A stretch of 64,000 nucleotides of DNA from Pseudomonadota bacterium (lineage in GTDB: Bacteria > Pseudomonadota > Gammaproteobacteria > Steroidobacterales > Steroidobacteraceae): the NCBI GenBank assembly GCA_046047615.1, contig JBJOHO010000067.1, forward strand, positions 34,599 to 98,598, written 5' to 3'. This document shows, in pieces, positions 57,999 to 64,000 of this stretch. The notes under the pieces were generated by a model that saw only the letters and a program-made list of their open reading frames with translations, made no database searches and had not been told where the DNA came from. The number at the start of each line of letters is the position of its first letter. The first letter of the stretch is position 1. The translations under genes were made by a program, and so were the position numbers.

Positions 57999-59387
57999 TC
58001 AGACCAGCCGGTTCAGGCCGTTGTGGGCCGCGATGCGGTAGGCCTCGGCCATGGTCGGGTAATTGAAGGTGGTATTGATGAAATAGCGCAGCGAATTGAT
58101 CGCCGGATCGGACATCACGGCCTGGCCGATGTGGACGATCTCCGAAGCGTTCTCGCCAAAGCAATGGACGCCGAGCACCTTCAGGTCGCGCGTGTCGAAC
58201 AGCAGCTTGAGCATGCCGACGCGCTGCCCGGACATCTGCGCCCGGGCCAGCGACTTGAAGTGCATGTGGCCGATTTCGTACGGCACGCCGGCGGCCTGCA
58301 GCTCGCGCTCGGTGCGACCCACCGAGGAGATTTCCGGCAGCGTGTAGATGCCGCTGGGAATCAGGTCGAGCGAGGTCGGCTGGGCCGCGGCATCGAGGAT
58401 GTGCCGCGCCGCGTCCGAACCCTGCTGGTAGGCGGCGCTGGCCAACGCCGGCGGACCGGTCACGTCACCCACCGCGTAAACATGCGGCACGTCGGTCTGG
58501 TAGTGGGTATTGACCTTCAGCTGGCCACGCTGGTTCGGTAGCAGGCCGATCGCCTCAAGGGCCATGCCATCGGTGTTGCCGGTGCGGCCGTTGGCCCAGA
58601 GCAGCAGATCGGACTTGATGCGCCGGCCGGATTTGAGGTTCAGCAGCACGTCGCTTTCCCGCGCTTCCACCGACTCGAACTGCTCGCCGTGGCGGATCAC
58701 GCAGCCTTGGTCACGCAGGTGGTAGGAGAGCGCCTCGGAAATCTCCTCGTCCATGAACGACAGCAGCTGGCCCTGGGTGTTCACCAGGTTCACCTTGCAG
58801 CCCATGTTCAAGAAGATGGACGCGTATTCGCAGCCGATGACGCCGGCGCCGTAGATGGTGACCGCAAACGGCGTCTCCCGGCAGGACAGGATCGTGTCGC
58901 TGTCGCGGATGCGCGGATGCGCGAAATCCAGGCCCGGCGGCCGGTAGGGCCGCGACCCGGTGGCGATGATGATGTGGTCGGCGCTGACCTGCAGGTCCGG
59001 GGCTGCGTCCGAGGTGATCGCAACACGGTGCGCGTCGAGGAAACGCGCGCTGCCGCGCAGCACCGGCACACGGTTGCGGTCGTAGAAGCGCTGCCGCATC
59101 TGCACCTGGTTGGCGATCACGGCATCCGCGGTCGCCAGCAACTGGGGAAAGCCGATGGACAGTTCCTGGAGGGCGGCGCGCAGCAAAGGATGGGCGCGGG
59201 CCTCGTTGACGGTCCGCACCGCGTGACGCAAGGCCTTGCTGGGGATGGTGCCCCAGTGCGTGCAACCGCCGCCCACGCTGGCGTAGCGCTCCACCACCGC
59301 GACCTTGCGCTGGTGTTTGGACAGCATCATGGCCGCGCCTTCGCCGGCAGGGCCGGTACCGATCACCAGGGCATCGAAATGTTCCAT
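57999..59387 (-). CDS. sthA: Soluble pyridine nucleotide transhydrogenase
   Basis: Within ORF 57999..59849, with ATG at 59387. It contains [19 protein letters not shown] and [13 protein letters not shown], and resembles SthA at full length (462 aa). Confidence 0.93.
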   Translation of the reverse strand: MEHFDALVIGTGPAGEGAAMMLSKHQRKVAVVERYASVGGGCTHWGTIPSKALRHAVRTVNEARAHPLLRAALQELSIGFPQLLATADAVIANQVQMRQRFYDRNRVPVLRGSARFLDAHRVAITSDAAPDLQVSADHIIIATGSRPYRPPGLDFAHPRIRDSDTILSCRETPFAVTIYGAGVIGCEYASIFLNMGCKVNLVNTQGQLLSFMDEEISEALSYHLRDQGCVIRHGEQFESVEARESDVLLNLKSGRRIKSDLLLWANGRTGNTDGMALEAIGLLPNQRGQLKVNTHYQTDVPHVYAVGDVTGPPALASAAYQQGSDAARHILDAAAQPTSLDLIPSGIYTLPEISSVGRTERELQAAGVPYEIGHMHFKSLARAQMSGQRVGMLKLLFDTRDLKVLGVHCFGENASEIVHIGQAVMSDPAINSLRYFINTTFNYPTMAEAYRIAAHNGLNRLV

Positions 59388-59397
59388 GCCCGATATG

Positions 59398-59910
59398 CTA
59401 GTCGAAGAGCACCTCTGTAAAGCCGAAGTCGCGCATGTCGCGGATGCGCATCGGGAAGAGCACGCCATCGAGGTGATCGACCTCATGCTGCACCACCCGC
59501 GCATGGAAGCCCTCCACACTGCGGTCGATGACCTCGCCCCGGGGACCCAGGCCTTGGTAGCGCAGGCGCCGGAAACGCGGCACGCGTCCCCGCAGTCCCG
59601 GCACGGACAGACACCCCTCCCAGCCCTCCTCCTGCTCGGCGCCCAAGGGCGTGAGCAGCGGATTGATGAGCACGGTGGCTGGCACCGGCGGCGCGTCCGG
59701 GTAGCGTGGATTGCGCTCGAACCCGAACAGCACCACCCGCAGCGGCACCCCGATCTGTGGCGCGGCGAGCCCGGCGCCCTGCGCCGCGACCATGGTGTCA
59801 TGCAAATCGGTGAGCAAGGCTGCCAGCGCCGGATCCGCCAGGTCGGCAACCTCGGCAGAGCGCTGCAACAGGCGTGGATCGCCCATGCGCAGGATCGGAC
59901 GGATGGCCAT
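59398..59910 (-). CDS. def: Peptide deformylase
   Basis: Within ORF 59398..59916, with ATG at 59910. It has the three Def motifs [15 protein letters not shown] and QHEVDH. Confidence 0.93.
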   Translation of the reverse strand: MAIRPILRMGDPRLLQRSAEVADLADPALAALLTDLHDTMVAAQGAGLAAPQIGVPLRVVLFGFERNPRYPDAPPVPATVLINPLLTPLGAEQEEGWEGCLSVPGLRGRVPRFRRLRYQGLGPRGEVIDRSVEGFHARVVQHEVDHLDGVLFPMRIRDMRDFGFTEVLFD

Positions 59911-59940
59911 CAGCACCTCATCGCATTCGGCCAGGCCTTG

Positions 59941-59970
59941 AAAACAGAAAGCCCGGCGCTGAGGCCGGGC
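59941..59970 (-). terminator. Rho-independent terminator of the RRM-protein gene
   Basis: The minus strand reads GCCCGGC-CTCAGC-GCCGGGC followed by TTTCTGTTTT. It lies about 60 nt after the TAA at 60030-60032. Confidence 0.6.
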
Positions 59971-60029
59971 CTTTCGGAGAGGCAGGCAGATCGGGCGCCC
60001 CGCCGGGACGCCCGCTGCTCGCGCGCCGC

Positions 60030-60440
<411 letters not shown>

Positions 60441-60690
60441 GTAAAAACGATCTCCAGACAATGATTGGACGTTGACCCGATCGGAGACCCTTCCACTAGA
60501 GCACGCGCGCCGAGGGCACGACAGACAGAAGCCGGACGACCAACGATCACGATCGAGTGTATACGCGCCCCAGTCTGTGTTAAAGGGGGGATATTTGCCT
60601 TCCCGGCACTTTTTGTGCCGGGGTCGGTGCCTTTGTCCCACCAATTACGGTCCGCAGCGTCTCGCAGTGTCATTTCGCCGCAACAAGTCC

Positions 60691-61107
60691 ATGCCCGCAC
60701 CCGCAACGCCCGCCCCCCGGGCATCCCCTGTGACCGACTCCAGCAGCCGCCGCATCGTGCTGGCGGAAAACAATCCTGAGCTGGCATGGCTGCTGCAGAC
60801 CGTGCTGGGACAGCAGCCGGGCTGGCAGTGCCCGACGGTGGTGGGCTCTGGCGCCGCGCTGTTGCAGGCCGCGCAAGCCGCGCCGGCGGATGCCTACCTC
60901 GTCGACCTGTCGCTGGACGACGGCAGTGTGTTGCCGTGGCTGGCGCGGCTGCGCCAACTGCAGCGTGATGCACTGGTCATCGCCTTCACTGGCAGCGCCA
61001 CGGCGGAACTGGAGGCGCAGTGCCGGGACGCAGGGTGTGCCGCACTGCTGCGCAAGGACGGTGATGTCGGCGCGCTGCTGCAGGCGTTGCGCGGGCACCT
61101 CGGGTGA
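60691..61107 (+). CDS. Stand-alone response-regulator receiver domain
   Basis: Within ORF 60472..61107, with ATG at 60691. Receiver landmarks are the phospho-acceptor in AYLVDLSLDDG, Thr in VIAFTG, and Lys in ALLRKD. The N-terminal acidic pair is replaced by ENN (IVLAENNPE). Confidence 0.8.
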   Translation: MPAPATPAPRASPVTDSSSRRIVLAENNPELAWLLQTVLGQQPGWQCPTVVGSGAALLQAAQAAPADAYLVDLSLDDGSVLPWLARLRQLQRDALVIAFTGSATAELEAQCRDAGCAALLRKDGDVGALLQALRGHLG

Positions 61108-61125
61108 GCCCGCGGCGGCAGGCCC

Positions 61126-61755
61126 TCAGCCCGCGGGGGCGCTCATGCCGCGCACCATGAACGCGGCCATCTCGTCCACGGCCTGCGGCCATTGCTCCTC
61201 GGTGAGCTCATAGTCCATCGACAGGGCGACGCGGTCGCTGAAGGAGTTGGCGAAGATGAACGTGCCCAGCGCACAGGTGTAACGCCAGAAGAACGTGCGC
61301 GCGTCGAGCTGCGGGCAGGCCCGCTGCATCAGTTCGATGAACAGCTGCGTGGAATCGCGGAACACATGCACCACCTGCCGCAGCGCCGCCTGGTGCGGTT
61401 CGGTGAGGACGCGGCCGTAGAGGGCGCGGATGCGGCGGCGCTGGGCGACGCTGGCATCGGGTGGCAACACCGGTGGCTCGATCATGGCGCGCACGACGGC
61501 TTCGAGGTCCGGGCGGCCCTCGCCGGCGGCTGCGCCCACCGCCTGCAGGCGCGCCACCTGCACTTGCTGGATCGGCCCGAAACGCCGCTGGCAGACCTCG
61601 GTGAAAAGCCGCTCCTTGGTGCCCCAGTAGTGGTGCAATGTGCCCAGCGGCACCTTGGCGCGGGCGGAAATGGCGCGGATGGTGGCACCCTCGTAGCCAT
61701 CGCGGATGAAGGCGGCCTCGGCGGCGTCCAGATAACGTGTGCGCGTATCAGTCAT
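61126..61755 (-). CDS. TetR/AcrR-family transcriptional regulator
   Basis: Within ORF 61126..61869, with ATG at 61755. The HTH region is RYLDAAEAAFIRDGYEGATIRAISARAKVPLGTLHHYWGTKERLF. Confidence 0.9.
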   Translation of the reverse strand: MTDTRTRYLDAAEAAFIRDGYEGATIRAISARAKVPLGTLHHYWGTKERLFTEVCQRRFGPIQQVQVARLQAVGAAAGEGRPDLEAVVRAMIEPPVLPPDASVAQRRRIRALYGRVLTEPHQAALRQVVHVFRDSTQLFIELMQRACPQLDARTFFWRYTCALGTFIFANSFSDRVALSMDYELTEEQWPQAVDEMAAFMVRGMSAPAG

Positions 61756-61832
61756 TGCATCCACACTTGTACGCTCGTACAGTCCGTCGGACAAGGCCGG
61801 CATCGTGCCAGACCGCCGTGGGGGAATGCAGC

Positions 61833-62084
61833 ATGTTCGCGAGACCGTCGACACCGGAAGTCCATGCACGGCGCGAGGCCGTGGAGGGCGACTGCCCCGC
61901 CTGCGGTGCCGCGGCGCTGCAACGTTACCGCGTGCTCAGCGAGGGCGGCTGGTGGGACGTGGTCAAGTGCGGCACCTGCCTGCATTCTGCGGAGCGCCGG
62001 CCGGGACCGCTGCTGGGCATCCTCACCGAGGCAACGCAGGGGCTGATCCCCACCGGGCGCGGCACGTCGCGCGGGGAGGCCTGA
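61833..62084 (+). CDS. Small zinc-ribbon protein upstream of the hydantoinase gene
   Basis: Within ORF 61737..62084, with ATG at 61833. The product is 83 aa with CPACG...x20...CGTC. Its stop lies 1 nt before the next gene start. Confidence 0.55.
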   Translation: MFARPSTPEVHARREAVEGDCPACGAAALQRYRVLSEGGWWDVVKCGTCLHSAERRPGPLLGILTEATQGLIPTGRGTSRGEA

Positions 62085-62085
62085 G

Positions 62086-64000
62086 GTGTTCGGCGTCGAT
62101 GTCGGCGGCACCTTCACGGACGTGGTGGCATTCCGCGATGGCCGCCTCGAGGTCACCAAGGTTCCCAGCATTCCGGAAGACCCGCAGCGGTCGGTGGTCG
62201 AGGGCGCGCGGCGCCTCGGCGTGGCGGGCAGCCCGCTGTTCAACCACGCCAGCACCAAGGGCCTCAACGCCATCCTGACCCGGCGCCTGCCCAAGGTCGG
62301 CTTCATCACCACCGCCGGCCACCGCGACATGCTCGATGGCGGTCGCGGCTGGCGGCCGCTCGACGGCCAGCTCGACCCGCGCTGGCGGCGCTCCTTCGGT
62401 GACGCCGCACGACCGGTGGTGCCGCGCTACCTGCGGCGAGGTGTCGAGGAACGCGTGCTCGCCAGTGGCGAGGTCCTGATTCCCTTCGATGCGGCGCAGG
62501 CGCGCCGCGAACTGGAGCTGCTCAAGCGCTGCGGCATCCAGGGCCTGGCCATCTGCCTGCTGCATGCCTACGCCAACCCGGTGCATGAGCAGCAGCTGGC
62601 CGCGCTGGCGCGCGAGGTGCTGGGCGACATCCCCCTCTCCGTGTCGTCCGAGGTCTCGCCGCGGGCGAAGGAGTTCAGCCGCGCCTCGACGACCGTGGTC
62701 GACGTGATCATGAAGCTGCTTTACGGCGACTATGCGCACAAGCTCGACGCCGGCCTGCGTGGGCTGGGTTTCGATGGGCGGCTGAACTTCGCCGACTGCA
62801 CCGCCGCGCTGCTGCCGTGGAACGAGGCTTTGCAGCAGCCCTACAAGATCCTGTTCGCCGGCCCGGCCGCCGGCACCGCCTCCTGCCGCCGGCTCGGCCA
62901 CGAGATCGGCGAGACCAGCCTGATCTGCTGTGATGTCGGTGGCACCTCCACCGACGTGTCGCTGATCCAGGGTGGCGAGTCCTTCACCAACGACAGCTTC
63001 GAGATCGAACACGATTTCGTGATCAGCGCGCTGTCCACCGAGGTGTCGAGCGTCGGCGCCGGCGGCGGCAGCCTGGTGGCGGCCAACGAGGCCGGCGACA
63101 TCACGGTGGGGCCGGCCAGTGCCGGTGCCTATCCGGGTCCGGCCTGCTACGGCCGCGGCGGCACGCAACCCACCGTGACCGACGCCTGCCTGCTGATGGG
63201 CATCCTCGAACCGCGTGGCTTTGCCGGCGGCCAGCTGGAGCTGGACGTCGAGGCCGCGCGCCGCGCCTTCGATTCGCTCGATACGCCGGTGGCGCCGGAA
63301 AAGCGCGCCGGCTACGCCTACCAGATCGCGGTCAGCAACATCGCCGAGGAAGTGGCCAACGTGGCGATCCGCCACGGCAGCGACCCGCGCGATTTCAGCC
63401 TGGTGGCCTATGGCGCCGCAGGGCCGATGTTGCTGGCTTCGGCGCTGGACACGCTGAACGTGCGGCGCGTGATCGTGCCACCGCATCCCGGCCTGTTCTC
63501 GGCCATCGGCCTGCTCAGCACCGACCTGGTGTTCAGCGACAGCCGCAGCGAATACCTCATGCTGACGCCCGACGTGGCGCCGCGACTGGCAGAGATCTTC
63601 GCTGCCATGGAGTCCAAGCTGCGCCAGGCGGTCGCGCCCGGCATGGCGGGCGTGCAGGTGCGCCGCAGCTTCGATGGCCGTCTGGCCGGCCAGACCTGGG
63701 AAACGCCCTTCGTCGAAGTCCCTGAAGGCCCTCTGGAGGCATCCACCGTGGCACGCATGATCGAGGCCTTCCATGCCGAGTACCAGCGCCGCAACGGCCT
63801 GTCGATGCCGATGATCCCGGTGCAGGCCGTCAGCTACCGCGTGCAGGTGGTCGTGCCTTCGCCGCAGGTGAGCTTCCCGCGCCTGCCGGAAGTGGCGGAT
63901 CCGCAGCCACCACCACCCCTGGGCTATCGCGAACTGCGTGAACTGGCGCCGCAACCGCTGCGTGCGGCGCTCTACGACCGCACCGCCCTGCCCCGCGGCT
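62086..64000 (+). CDS. Hydantoinase/oxoprolinase family protein (HyuA-like; 3' end outside window)
   Basis: Not in the ORF track because no stop occurs before the window end. The GTG at 62086 is preceded by GGGGAGG. My hand translation of the first ~370 codons (to ~63190) gives VFGVDVGGTFTDVV..., CDVGGTSTDVSLI, GAGGGS and GPACYGRGGTQPTVTDA, and shows no stop. The listed minus-strand ORF 62023..63954 is its shadow. Confidence 0.9.
   Translation, partial: MFGVDVGGTFTDVVAFRDGRLEVTKVPSIPEDPQRSVVEGARRLGVAGSPLFNHASTKGLNAILTRRLPKVGFITTAGHRDMLDGGRGWRPLDGQLDPRWRRSFGDAARPVVPRYLRRGVEERVLASGEVLIPFDAAQARRELELLKRCGIQGLAICLLHAYANPVHEQQLAALAREVLGDIPLSVSSEVSPRAKEFSRASTTVVDVIMKLLYGDYAHKLDAGLRGLGFDGRLNFADCTAALLPWNEALQQPYKILFAGPAAGTASCRRLGHEIGETSLICCDVGGTSTDVSLIQGGESFTNDSFEIEHDFVISALSTEVSSVGAGGGSLVAANEAGDITVGPASAGAYPGPACYGRGGTQPTVTDACLLMGILEPRGFAGGQLELDVEAARRAFDSLDTPVAPEKRAGYAYQIAVSNIAEEVANVAIRHGSDPRDFSLVAYGAAGPMLLASALDTLNVRRVIVPPHPGLFSAIGLLSTDLVFSDSRSEYLMLTPDVAPRLAEIFAAMESKLRQAVAPGMAGVQVRRSFDGRLAGQTWETPFVEVPEGPLEASTVARMIEAFHAEYQRRNGLSMPMIPVQAVSYRVQVVVPSPQVSFPRLPEVADPQPPPPLGYRELRELAPQPLRAALYDRTALPRG

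Overview
This is a very GC-rich, densely packed chromosomal segment. Gene content and codon usage look like a Burkholderiales-type betaproteobacterium, but that is inference only. All calls come from reading the ORF translations and the DNA by eye; no database search was run.

I support about 62 protein-coding genes (two truncated by the window edges), one tRNA-Arg(TCG), one TPP riboswitch, two intrinsic terminators, one sigma32-like promoter and a tRNA-derived direct repeat. I saw no rRNA, CRISPR array, transposase or integrase.

Most of the window is core metabolism:
- an M16 protease / hybrid kinase / dehydrogenase block
- moeB-hslR
- an 11-gene minus-strand run: a TPP-riboswitch thiamine-scavenging operon, then ferredoxin, an uncharacterised methyltransferase, adenosine-kinase-like, metK, ahcY, folD and an unknown MetE-like ORF
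- ppsA
- a moaA-moaC-(mobA~moaD fusion)-moaE operon
- proBA and htpX
- a desaturase / DUF1365 / cfa / FAD-oxidase lipid operon
- tesB, FNR, two ABC exporters, typA, rhomboid, a GGDEF protein, sthA, def, and an RRM glycine-rich RNA-binding protein
- a TetR / hydantoinase locus

The only clearly accessory patch is about 30.2-32.7 kb around tRNA-Arg. It holds a lower-GC ParE/Phd pair, a 19-nt duplicate of the tRNA 3' end, a small acidic protein with a paralog 8 kb away, and an overlapping pair made of a 98-aa protein and a minimal Pol-beta-fold nucleotidyltransferase. That last pair is my best candidate for an undescribed toxin-antitoxin or defence-like module. The second most interesting item is the self-contained SAM-regeneration operon built around two unknown ORFs.

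The many long Arg/Ala/Gly/Pro-rich ORFs antisense to recognisable genes are high-GC shadow ORFs and were not called.
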